The notes beneath the pieces were generated by a model, which did not search any database, had not been told where the DNA came from, and saw nothing but the letters and a program-made list of their open reading frames with translations. A stretch of DNA of 63,161 nucleotides, the filler included, from Craspedostauros australis (taxonomy: Eukaryota): the NCBI GenBank assembly GCA_030167865.1. It is 10 parts of 10 records of this genome, joined end to end, with 100 filler letters (N's around TTAATTAATTAA, not from the genome) between each part and the next. Parts side by side here need not be neighbours in the genome. Positions count along the whole stretch, not along the records: positions 1 to 22,389 come from JALAGF010005227.1; 9 more parts are not named here. One strand, given 5' to 3'. Positions 1 to 11,550 of the stretch are shown here, piece after piece. The translations under genes and the position numbers were made by a program. Positions within the stretch are counted from its first letter, which is position 1. Every line of letters begins with the position of its first letter.

Positions 1-57
1 TGATGTGAATTGTGTGACGCGGACCGTTATTTTTGTGTCGTGAATGGTGCGCGCATT

Positions 58-138
58 GTGGAGCCATCGCGTTGTGGAGCCATCGCGTTGTGGAGCCATC
101 GCGTTGTGGAGCCATCACGTTGTGGAGCCATCACGTTG
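58..138. repeat. 17-bp tandem repeat (GTGGAGCCATCRCGTTG/T), about 5 copies; about 2 more copies at 411-445
   Basis: Unit is directly visible at 58-138 and again after the N gap. Confidence 0.85.
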
Positions 139-959
139 TGTCGTGCCGCTCTGGTCGGAAAAATTCCAGCCGAACCACACAGAAAATACGCTCCAAGGCC
201 CNNNNNNNNNNNNNNNNNNNNNNNNNNNNNNNNNNNNNNNNNNNNNNNNNNACACCTGTGATTGGAGTGCCTATGTGCGCATCGTCTGCTTGATGGCATG
301 GAGGATTGTGGTGTGTGGTGTGTGTTTTGTGATGTTTGTTTTGTGTTTTGTGATGAGTGGTGTGAATTGTGTGACGCGGACCGTTTTTTGTGTCGTGAAT
401 GGTGTGCGTCGTGGAGCCATCGCGTTGTGGAGCCATCACGTTGTGTCGTGCCGCTCTGGTCGGAAAAATTCCAGCCGAACCACACAGAAAATACGCTCCA
501 AGGCCCCAACTGCGTCGATCGGGGCGCCAACACAATCGGTGTGTGTTGCACAAACCAATCGAATGGCAAAGGCTCCTCTTTGTTGTCACCGCACTTGTAC
601 ATCTGTACCACATCATGCCATGCCAGTACTCCACTTCCTTTTCATCACACATGTGCAATCCTCGCGATCTTTGCTGCCGTCAAGTCCACGCGTCTGTACT
701 CGTCACTGGAGCACCAACGATGCATCCTCTGATCATTCATCTCTGCTCGTGCCCTGCCGACGACACTGCCACTAGCACGATTGTCATGTATTGTTGGAGC
801 AGAGTAGAGTAGAGTAGAGCAGATCGCAACGAATCCACACCATACAATGCTCGTATGCTATACTATGCTGTGTTGTGATGCGCTAGTGCAGCTCCTATCA
901 TACATTACATACGACTATGCATTGTGCCCATTGTATTCACTATGCCCTATGTGTGTTAT

Positions 960-2995
960 CTATCTATTCCACCACATTTCGGAGGCATCCAAATCCCNAA
1001 CGCTGGTGATCTTCTTCATGCAAATCTTGCTGTCGCACTTGGCATTGTACACAGCCTGACGGCTGGGCGGCAACCTGCTGACATCGACCTCGTCAAATCC
1101 GCATTCGATGAACCATTCCATCGTCTGCGTGCTGAGAACGAAGACGCAGGATGCCCCCTCCTGCAGACACAGACGTTCCAGGTAGCCAAGCATGGCATCG
1201 CCATATCCTCGCACGCGGTAGTTGCGATCCACAACGAGGCAAGCGATCTTGGCGAACCCATTCTCGAACATCTTGAGCTGCCCCCACACCATGACGAGGT
1301 CATTGCGCGTGTAGACGTGGTATGATGATAACATTTTTCTAGCACGGCCTTTGGCCGATCCACCAGCCTTCCCATCTGGATGAGCGGCGTGATGAGCTCA
1401 TGGATGGTGCTGACTTCCTTGACCTTGGCCTGGCGGATGCCGTTGTAGACGTTACGGGAGAGCATGGTGCTGCTGCCATCTCGCGTGTACAGCTCCTGCA
1501 GCAATGCCCCGTGCCGCGGCGAGATGAAGTGCGCACGTCGGACGCCCTGCTTGAGTGCATGCATGGCCCATCCGATCTTGATGAGTTTGTTGCACTTGGC
1601 GCTTTCCTGAGGACAGCTCTCGCCCAAGGTGACAAGACCGCGCTTGTGGATGTCGACAGTGCGGTGTCGAAGCAGGTTGTGGGCGTCCTTGACATGCAGA
1701 TGATGGATCTGCTTGCCATGGACGTTGTGCCACAGCTGCATGTCGCCTTCTGTGAAGAAGATGATCTTGCTGGCATCCATGGCACCCGTGACCGTCGCTG
1801 CCAAACTTTCCGAATTGACATTGAAGACTTCGCCNCTGGGGCTGACGCCCAATGTTGTGAGCAGGACAATATCACAGGAGTTGTGAACCTGGCGGATCTT
1901 CTCCACCTCCACACGACACACGAAACCTGTGAATTTGTAATCAACGCCATCCAGGATGCCCATTGGCTGGGCTGTGTAGAAGTTCCCAGAAACCACGTTT
2001 CCATCACTGCTGTAGCTGTGATCATTGGGGTTGCTGAATGGATTCATTGTGTGTGGAGTGTCCATGCGGTTGCCCATTCTGCCCAGAGCTTCATTCCTGT
2101 ATCCATTCTGACTCGTTCTTCCAAAGCTCTGCTGTTGCTGTGACTGCTGTTGATAGGATCCATTTGGCAAGGACTGTGAATACTGCTGCTGCTGGTAGTT
2201 GCCATTGCCATTCGATGGATAGTCCGAATCAAACTGTGTCGTCTGATTTGGCGTGTGCGAGTCGTTGGCACCCTGCATGCGCAAAGATCGTGCCAGTTGA
2301 CGTTCGATCTCATAGCAGATAAATCCTGCCACCTCCTTGACCACATGCAGCGCATCACGGTCTGTGACCGTCACGCCATGATGTCGATCCTGCCCTGCGA
2401 TACGTTGCTGCAGCTGGTTGCGGCATCCCGCGACGATGACGATCTTGATGCCCAGCAACCACGACAATGCGATGTCGTTCATGAGGTCCCGCAGGAAGTT
2501 GGTGTCCTGACCCTCCATGAGATTGCCCGGAATGTGGAAGACGACCAGGGTGTTGCAATGGTTGGCGATATAGTTGGCGGAACCGCGGAACATGTTGACG
2601 AAGGTGGATTCTCTGATGCTGTTGGCATCCATGTCCTCTGGGAGTTCACCGCGATTCGCTGCATTGGGATCCAGCTTGCTGCGGTTGACAGTATTGATGT
2701 CATTTGGATCGATGGTGAGGAAGGATGTGTCTTTGCATTTGGGATCACCAACGTCAACGCCAATGTCAACATCAGCGGTTACAGCTTGTGCTGTTGCTGT
2801 TTCGTTTGTCAATGCCCTTCGTCGAATTCTGAGGCCATTGGATTTTGTTGGTTTCCATCGTGAGATCGGTCAATGCAGGCTGCTGTTGGCTGTCATGGCC
2901 TGGCACATTCTGTTGTTGCTTCACACGGTCATCACGTTGTCTTGTGGAGGAAGAGTCACACCATGTCTCTTCCTCTGTTGTGACTCGTTTTTCAT
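960..2995 (-). pseudogene. argA: Amino-acid N-acetyltransferase / N-acetylglutamate synthase (AAK + GNAT domains), disrupted copy
   Basis: ORF 1016..2812 has ArgA motifs (FVNMFRGSANYIANH, VSGNFYTAQPMGILDGVDYKFTG, GEVFNVNSESLA, GALLQELYTRDG). The GNAT C-terminus (IACLVVD..YR..GYGDAML, FVLSTQTMEWF) continues in another frame (960..1334) after an A5 run near 1334-1338. Two in-frame TGA codons lie upstream (2870-2872, 2921-2923). The 5' limit is uncertain. Confidence 0.85.
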
Positions 2996-3786
2996 GACGT
3001 GGAATCCGTTCCCTGTGACGTAGAAGACGGATCAGCGAGAGCAAACACGAAATAGCTCTAAATATCCAATCGCCGATTCTCCCAAAAGCGAGCAAACCAG
3101 TGGCAACAAGGGGCCAAAACTCCACAACTAGTGTTATCGTGAGTGCATCAACTGCGATCTGGACCTCGTATAACAGTCCAGTTGGGGCACATCCATTCGA
3201 TTTCGCCCGCCAAGGCTGCGCCATTGAGCGCCGAATGGATATGTTGTGGTATACGACCAAGCACCCCTGTTCTGTTCGTTGTTGACAAAACCGCTGTGGA
3301 GTTTCTGATAACGAAATGTCAACGAGTCGACAGGATACGAAATAAATTAAATTATTATATTCACTCAACTCCTTATGACATCATCGGAAAATCACATACT
3401 ATGTCCGTTCGCTGTACGATGGATTGTTGCTCCAGCCATTCGTTAATCAGGAAACGAGTTAATAGGTCCAATGAGTCCAGTGTGTTCACGGATACTCATG
3501 AGTCAAATTGTCGAACGAGAACGCGGTTCTGGAAAGATACTTCCGCAGGTGAGGCGGAGTGAACAAGGAACAAAGACGATGACACCTTCCACGCTCACAC
3601 CCACGCCCACGAACATGCGACAGATCAGTGAATCAGAACAGACAGAACAGAACAAGAGAATTGTGGAGGGGTGGGTTGCGACGATGCGAACGAATGAAGG
3701 AAGATCTGTGCTGAGGAATTGACTCCAACTTTGTTCTGTTCTGGTCTGCTTCCACACGGCCGCTTGACGATCGAGATCTCATGGTT

Positions 3787-3842
3787 CACACATCCACACA
3801 TCCACACATCCACACATCCACACATCCACACATCCACACATC
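3787..3842. repeat. (CATCCACA)n microsatellite upstream of the secreted-protein gene
   Basis: 8-bp unit repeated about 7 times. Confidence 0.9.
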
Positions 3843-3951
3843 TCCCCATTGTCATCCCCATTCATCCATCCACACATCTCAGTTGTGCTTCACCGCAACA
3901 ACAATAGACCAAATCTGCACCCATCAACGTCAAGAACGAACGACTTCGATC

Positions 3952-4983
3952 ATGATCACTTCTCGCATCCTCCTTTGCCCGTGGCATGCCCTTATCTTGA
4001 TTGCGTTGCCACTTCTCTCCACCGGAGTGGAAGCAGCAGATCATGAGACGTTGCGACAAGCATTCGCCTCTCCCACCACACAAGACATTGATCCAGCCGG
4101 ATTCGGCAGCGCTGCTGCGGCGGCCGCTGCTTACCACGATGTCGTCTCCTCGCGCGGCAAAGCGATGGACACATGGAAATCCAATCACGTCCGCAAGCCA
4201 ATGAAGGAAGACGGCGTGTCCTTCTTCACCATGGACTGGCTCTACACCATCGAAGTTCCGTGCGACGACGACGTGGCTCACAGCGGGCCATGCATCGGCA
4301 AGTACGCTGGTGCAGTGCAGGCCTTCATCAACGTTGTCAGCGCCGAGCTTGATACGTACGCGAAGGCCCACGGTCTGGGGTTGGGATACACGGAGTTTCA
4401 GGCCGGCGTTTGCAACGAGCGCGACGACAAGTCGGCAGCGTTGGAGACAAGCGAGACACGCCGTCTAGAATGGGACGACGTGGAGACGTTCTGCTGGCTG
4501 CAGGCCGGGCGCATGCGCTTGACTTCGCAAGCCAACGATCTTAGCCCCGATGACGTTGCGAAGCACACCAAGGCGCTGACTTCCATCCTGAAGGACACCA
4601 TCGCGGCGGTGTCGTCCGCGGTCGATTGGATCGAAGCCATCTTTCAGGCCACTGGCAACGTGGGCATCTTCAATATGCTGCTCAAGATGGAGACCGACGC
4701 GGTATTGCTGGATGGCACATCGCCCGCGCTTGCTTTGCGCAACGCGGTCGTGCAGCACTTCGAGTCGGTATACGCGCCGCAGTACATCTTTCCGCTCGAG
4801 ATTGGAGACTTTCAGTGCAACGACAGCGGCGGCTGTAAGGGACACGTCCAGCTGGAGTTGATCGCCTTCGACTTTGAGTCCGATTCCAAGATGCTGGACG
4901 AGCTGCGCATGGCCGTGCATCTGTTCGAGAAGGAGCATGACGGCGTGAAGTTGCAATGGTTGCAGTATCCCATGACTTTCTAA
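3952..4983 (+). CDS. Hypothetical secreted protein (343 aa)
   Basis: Open frame with coding-like GC3 bias. N-terminal signal peptide MITSRILLCPWHALILIALPLLSTGVEA. Paired cysteines. No family recognised. Confidence 0.7.
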   Translation: MITSRILLCPWHALILIALPLLSTGVEAADHETLRQAFASPTTQDIDPAGFGSAAAAAAAYHDVVSSRGKAMDTWKSNHVRKPMKEDGVSFFTMDWLYTIEVPCDDDVAHSGPCIGKYAGAVQAFINVVSAELDTYAKAHGLGLGYTEFQAGVCNERDDKSAALETSETRRLEWDDVETFCWLQAGRMRLTSQANDLSPDDVAKHTKALTSILKDTIAAVSSAVDWIEAIFQATGNVGIFNMLLKMETDAVLLDGTSPALALRNAVVQHFESVYAPQYIFPLEIGDFQCNDSGGCKGHVQLELIAFDFESDSKMLDELRMAVHLFEKEHDGVKLQWLQYPMTF

Positions 4984-5646
4984 TGCAGCAAGGCGTACCC
5001 CCTCCTCGTACTCTTGCAGAGTAGTCGTACGTATAGACTCTCCGATACGGTCACAGAACAGTACTACAAGCAACATACACACTACGACGAGTAAAGCGCC
5101 CTATGAGTACGACAGACACTAATACATCACGACCACCAAGCAAACAAGTGGCGAATCCCCCCTTGGAATACGCACCATACTTGCACTCATCATCTCGTCG
5201 CAGCCGGCGCCGCCTGCTCTTCTCCGGAGCTGCACGTTCTCGCCATTGAGCACGGCATTCGCCCACAACATGAGACAGAACCGAGGAATGTCTCTCTCCA
5301 AACCCGTACGAAGAATTACGATCAGTGCCCACGAGTATGTACGGCGATGGTAAGTGGAATACACATTATCCATGCTGTGCTCGTGTTGCAGGGGTATAAA
5401 AATCCTAACGGAGAGCAAAAGAAGGTGCATCTGCATCTGATGCTTCCTCCGAATACTCGCAGTATCCACGATTAGCTGTTTGGGAGTCTCTCTTGCTCTG
5501 CTCTAGCTTGCGCCGCAGTGTACCTATGCAGAGCCACGTGCAAAAGATATTCAATGGCACTGCGAATGGTACGTATTGTTGTGTAATTAAGGTTTTATAC
5601 GTAAACTGCGATGCTGTACGAATAACTGTATCCCGCGATGCCTTGT

Positions 5647-6939
5647 TCAAAATAGCGTGCTCTGCGCGATGCGATCGGCCGCCAGCAGCTCCAGCACCAA
5701 CCGCCGTCGCTCCATGGCACGTTCCTGCTCGCTGCCCAGATCGTGCAGCCAGTTCAAGCGCGACGATGACGCCATCGGGAGGGACTGCCGCTGCGGCACG
5801 GCCGTGAGGTGTTCGTTGAGGATGTTGGCACGCGTGTTGTGGAGGTTGGGCAGCGACGTCGGATGCTGCAGGCCGAGAGCCGGCGATACGTGCGAGACGG
5901 ACCGCGATCGTGTCGACGGGAGTCCCAAGCCCAGTGGTCGCAGGGTGGGTGTTGGCAACGAGGACATGCGCTGCTGCTGCTGCTGTGACAGCCGATTCTG
6001 GATCATCATGCTGACGAGGCTCTTGTGCTGGCTGCTCGTGGTGCAGGTGGTGTTGGTGTGGGCCAGTTCGTGGGTTGCGTTGCTGGCCATCATGGCGGCC
6101 GATGCGAGCGACTGGCGCTTCATGCCGAGCTGCCGCACCAACGAGGAGAGATGGGAGGGGATCGCGGAAGAAGGCGAAGCCGTGGCAGCGCTGAGGGTCT
6201 TGCCCAGCGGCATGCCGGAGGGCAGAGACAGGGAAGCCTCCGCCGTGAAGGGACGGTGCAGAGACGGATGCATGGGAGACATCGCCTTGCTGAGGGGAGA
6301 CGCGCTGAGGGGAGACGAGAGGCCGCGGAAGCCTGCGATGGAAGAGAGGGGGGTGGACACGGTGCGGTCGACAGCGAGGCTGCGTCCCGTGGGAGTGGCG
6401 CAAGGGTTGGTCGCACGTTCGGGCTCCAGATTGTGGGCGCCGGAGTGGTCATCGTGATGCACCGCCTGCTGCTGCTGATGCTGCTTGGCACCGCGGATCA
6501 TGTGGCGGATGGCCTGCTTGGTCTTCTGGATGAGGGTGTGCTGCTGCGTGATGACGGCGTAGACCGCATTCTCGCGGTGGCCCATCTCGCTGGGCAGCCC
6601 GGCGTCCTTGGACGAGGGGGACTTGGCCACGATGGCGGCCGCCTTGAGGACCCTGTCGCGGTCGTCCATGACGTACAGATGGGGCTTGTCCTGCACGGTC
6701 TGCATCTCATCGCGCTCCAGCCTTCGCAGGAAGCGACCGTCGCGGTCGTGCACCAGCTTGATGATGCAGGCGGCGATCTTCGTCTTGGCGCCTCTCACCG
6801 TGGTTCTGGTGTAGTCCTCAGCCCTGTCCTTGATGAACGATCTGTAGATCACGTTGCCGGGATGGTCGTTGGGTCCGGCTCCTCGTCCCAGCAGCACATC
6901 GCTGTGTCGCACGTTGCTTACCAAGCTCGCTGTTTTCAT
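5647..6939 (-). CDS. DUF6824-domain protein (diatom-expanded family), with low-complexity C-terminus
   Basis: N-terminal motif DVLLGRGAGPNDHPGNVIYR...Y...KTKIA..I...V...GRFL and later QKTKQAIRH match the DUF6824 signature. Confidence 0.85.
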   Translation of the reverse strand: MKTASLVSNVRHSDVLLGRGAGPNDHPGNVIYRSFIKDRAEDYTRTTVRGAKTKIAACIIKLVHDRDGRFLRRLERDEMQTVQDKPHLYVMDDRDRVLKAAAIVAKSPSSKDAGLPSEMGHRENAVYAVITQQHTLIQKTKQAIRHMIRGAKQHQQQQAVHHDDHSGAHNLEPERATNPCATPTGRSLAVDRTVSTPLSSIAGFRGLSSPLSASPLSKAMSPMHPSLHRPFTAEASLSLPSGMPLGKTLSAATASPSSAIPSHLSSLVRQLGMKRQSLASAAMMASNATHELAHTNTTCTTSSQHKSLVSMMIQNRLSQQQQQRMSSLPTPTLRPLGLGLPSTRSRSVSHVSPALGLQHPTSLPNLHNTRANILNEHLTAVPQRQSLPMASSSRLNWLHDLGSEQERAMERRRLVLELLAADRIAQSTLF

Positions 6940-9900
6940 CTTGTTATTATATTATATAATATGATATGATATGACAGTAGTATGTATACCCGTCGTGTGG
7001 AATGATGTGATGTATTCTCTTCTATTGGTTTGTTCTGTGTTGCTGTTGTTGCTGTTGCTGTTGCTGTTGTTGTTGCTGCCTTGATTTGTTGAGGATTGCT
7101 GAACTATGAGAAGAAAGAGAAAAGAATGGAGAAGTTATGGCCCCTGTTGGTGTCAAGTGTACGCGGTCGCAGCGATCGCAGTAGTTATTCCTGTAAATGC
7201 GCCGTTTGTACTGGTGGTGTCTTTCGGCTTCAGACCAACACGCCACAGTGTGCCAGAATGCGCGTGTTTGTACCTGTAATGAAGGTATCCGCTTCGTTAT
7301 TCTGTTCGCAGTGTGCGTTCCGGATTCGCTACCGTTGTCGCGTCAGCTTCGTAAAGCGTGATAGTAAGTGTTACGGCACTCGGCCTCCGTGTGTGGACCT
7401 TGAATTCGGGCCTGCTTCCCTTTTGCAAACGACGGTGTCACGTTTTCGTATCGCGTGAGCTTACGTGCGAGTGCAGTATTGATGATGTCGTCTCGCTTCA
7501 CCCCCGAGCTCAGCTTCACCGAGGGCTCACTGTGCAGTTCTCCACTCCGTCTCGTGCTAGCGTTGCTTGACAATGTGCGTTTGTATGGGCGTTGGCGTGG
7601 TTGGGATGTATGGTATGGCAACATACGGTCTATAATACTCGACGCTCGAGCAACGCTGCCAACTTCTTTTGATCCTCTCTTTCACTCTGTGTGGAACTGA
7701 TCCTGATTCCGTCACCACGTGCACTTTGTGACCTCGGCCGCGTCAAAGTGCGAAACCGCAAGACCCCACACAACCCAAAGCAAGGGGGTGGAACAGAGCG
7801 AGAGCGAAGTGGACAAGTGCCCTTCTCAGTACGGGGCGACCTCGAGCCGCTCCGTTTGAGCGACAACACAGTTCGTCATGTCCAATGTCCCTCTCGCTCT
7901 CGAGGTCACAACTAGTGATGGTTCAGCCGCCCTTGACCTTAAACGTACGTCCCCTGCCATCGAAGTCCAAGGACGATACTCTCAGCTCGACACCCCACTC
8001 TCCTCGAGTCCGCTGTTTTTTTTTTGCAGATTGCAGCCACATGCACTCAGAATAGATGCGCTGCGAACGAGTACAAAGAAAGTGAGGCGTCAAAGGTCCA
8101 GAATAGAGGACTTTCGCAGAAGGAACGGAGTTCACCAGCCAATACAAAGGGGGAAAGGTTGCGCAACAAGAAGCCAAGTCCCTCATTCTGAACTTCGCAA
8201 AACGTGAGGATGTGCCGGTACAAAGCATCCAAGATTGCTAAAATACGACCTGCGTTGCCATTTGCGCTTCGGTCTGTTCTTCGCTCAGCCCTTCTGCTCC
8301 GTACTCTCGTGCAAGCTCCGGTATGCCATTGCGGATGGTTCGTGCTCTACCGACACTCACCTCTCCTCCTTGCTATCGGCCACGCACTCAGAACAGCACT
8401 ACTGTGCTCTGCCCTTGTTTGTGGAATCTGCAACCGGGGACAACAGAACCACCCAACAAAGGCACAACCAGCATTGCGCCGCGCTGTTTGTGCCATGTCA
8501 TTGTCACACCGGGTTTGATGCGTAAGAGAAGAGCAGGGCTTTTCGCTTTTAGTGATGCATTGTGGTTCCAGAAGCCATCACAGCGGCTATGTGTTGATAG
8601 ATGCGCGTGTCTGGTTGCGAGGAGGGGTGATGTGGGAGAGCACATGGGTCTTAATTGAAAAAAGGACAGCAGATGGTGACTTCAGGGGCAGAATGGATCA
8701 CCAATCGAGCGTACAACGTGTTCCATCATCTCCGTCGCCCATTCACGAGACGAACGGCGATCGATTTAGAGGAAGTTATCGCTCAAAGTGCCCGCCTCAT
8801 GAAGGTCATTCCCGTTGTGGACCACCACAGGAACAAAGTCCTCGACTGTCCGCGTGCTCCACAAGCGAGGCATGTAGAACAGAACCAGCCAAAAACAACA
8901 TCAACAGCGACAGCTGCAACAAAAAAAGCCACGTTCGCACTCTTTGCACAGCGAAACCGCCAAGGACGCAAATGACGATCACCCTGCCAACGTGGAGAAG
9001 GTTCGTATTCCCGCTTCCCACAGTCGTCAAAGAAGCGCGCGAGCTTTTCGCAATTCCAGTCAATGTTTTGTGCTTTGTGACCACCGAAAAACGAGGTCAT
9101 TACATGTCAAACCCAGTTTGAGTGAATGACCTCGACCTGGATGGAGAATTACAATGTCCGAAAACCAGGTCGAGAGAAGGGGTCACACCGCACAGCGAAG
9201 AATGGGGCCGGCCTTTGATCACCTGAACAGGCGCAAAACGCTTTGATCCTCGCGCTTTGCCTCGTGCGCTTCTATCACAACCCCGCAGCGTCGCGCCGAC
9301 AGGGACTCGCGCGGCGCGCGCTCCTCTGCATCACAAAGACAGCGCCAACACGGGGTCACGTCCACCAGCAACCATCACTCTCGTTTGCCTGGTCGCCATC
9401 ACCATCCCATGGCTGTCATTTTCTGAAATGGGAGGTCATCACAGGAGCGTTCTGGATCGACAAAGCCTTTCCCCACCGAACGACCACATCGCCTCCCCTG
9501 CGAACACAGTGGATCTCTCTCTCTCCCTCTCACTTTCTCTTGACGATCTGTTTTCTCACTTTCTCGCTTCCACTCTTGCGTGTAGATCGTCCTTATCGCT
9601 CTCCATCCCTCAACTATCCTCGTGATACTCCGCCGTGTTATTCCACCATCGTGGTATTCCGCGACCGTGTGGCTGTGCCGTCGACGTGATGTTGTTGTCG
9701 CCCACTTTCCAGCCGCAATTGAAACCACCAACCAAACCTCCACCACTTCAAAGACCACCATGACTCTGCTCGAATAATACCATGTTCCGCCCTCCTCGCA
9801 CTACGATGTATACTATTCTGTAGTACGATGGAAGACTACAGGCGCTACTCATTTGGACGAGCTACTCTCCTCCATTGGGGCAGTGTTCCATTGTTCGCCA

Positions 9901-11550
9901 CCAATACTAAGAGGAAATAGAATAGCAATGAAGAGCCAACAAGCACCAAACAACCGCGCGGATGACGACCACGGAAAACAGAAACCATTCTGCGCAAGCT
10001 GCAACGTGCGTACTCTCCGCTCCAAGAGAGGTGCGAAGGCCACTTCCGCCCCGGCAATCCTGCCGCTCCTTTGTGTGATGCCTCTGGACGAGTACAGTAC
10101 CACTGCAGAGCGCACACTCACCATCGAGGTCATCACCATGGCAAGGGAGGACATACACGCAGAGTATCAATTGTTCGCACCAATGGCGTGGCATGAAATT
10201 GCGTTCTCTTGGGCCTCTGACCTTCACTGACGTTTCGTGTCCCATCTCGTTTCTCGTTCACTCGCTCACTCACTCACTCACTCGCTCTGCTGCGAAGAGA
10301 AAACGCAGACGAAGCCATCAATCGCGTGCGGTATGATGTAACCACGCAGGAGGGACTACAGAGTCAGCTCCGCTCTACTTTGGTCGGACGCTCTTCCACT
10401 ACAGCTCCATCTGCATGTCCATTCTTACTCGCAGTGTGCATGTATGAGGAGGAATGTGAGCGCTTCCAGACGCAATGACAACTGCTTTGCAAGGGCGCGA
10501 ATGGGCCTCTGTGTTCCATTCGGAATGGCGGTGATGACGGCATCCACGATCACCCCACTCCCCTTGTCAGTGTGGCAACACTACGAACGCGTCTGCTACT
10601 TCCATGGTATGATTCCACTATTCTATTACACCATTCGTAGTTGCAAGGTATTCCAGGGCGTCAAGTGACTGCATCTCTCCTCTCGAGGTCGTAGTCGTAT
10701 TGATTCCTGTCTGTCTCTCTCTGCTCTGCGATCCATCCACTCGACCACACAACCGTGCGCATGGGTGCCGGTACCGGTGACATCATCATCCAGGATCACC
10801 TCTCGATCTCGTTTGCTTCGCTTGCACCTCCCTGTTTCTCGGATGCGCATGCCCAGACGAATACTCTCTGCGTCATGGTCGTATCAGCACGTTCGTACCA
10901 ACATGTTCATGGCGTCACTTCACAAGACTTTTGCTCCCTCTTTGTCATCCTACAGGTTGGACGAGTGCGAATACGTTCCACAGCCAACAACTTCACGAAC
11001 ACCTACATCCAAACGTGCGTGCTCTGTCTGGTTTGTCGAACACTCACCACGCCAGAGAAGTCAAATGCTCTTGCCTATTCGCGGGGCGCCACTCTGGGAG
11101 CGCGTATTCGTTCGACCTAGTCGCACGAGTAGGACCACGAGTGCGATCGTCTTTCTCGCCCTCCAGCCATGGCTCTGTCGCCCCATCAAGACACAGAGCA
11201 GAGTCCTTTGATGTCTTACAAAGATCATCACCACCCTGACGCCTGATCCACCCACCAACCTTTCACAACAAGTAGCGTGCAATTGCGCGCGAATAAGCTT
11301 GACCAGAGAGAATGATGAGAATACTCGTCCGGGTGCGCTTGAGATGGAATTCTCTCTAGAGTAGCTCGTGCGTAGACGAAACGAAGCATTGCCTCTTTGT
11401 GACGTCCGAATTTATCTGTACTCACACGAGCTGCGTCCCAGCTATCTGGTGCCACACCCGTACCGGTGCCATACCCGCACGGACATGACGCAACAGGAAA
11501 AATGTACTCGCACCGACCGACCTCTTTTGGTCGGCATCTGGTACCTACCA

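Noticed and set aside
5405..6969. Long antisense or alternative-frame ORFs over GC-rich genes (also at 23304-24503 and 27537-28712)
   Set aside because: These are shadow ORFs caused by the codon bias of the real genes.
7250..11500. Many short overlapping ORFs between the DUF6824 and BTB genes
   Set aside because: No recognisable motifs or consistent coding bias. Treated as intergenic, although a spliced or decayed gene cannot be excluded.
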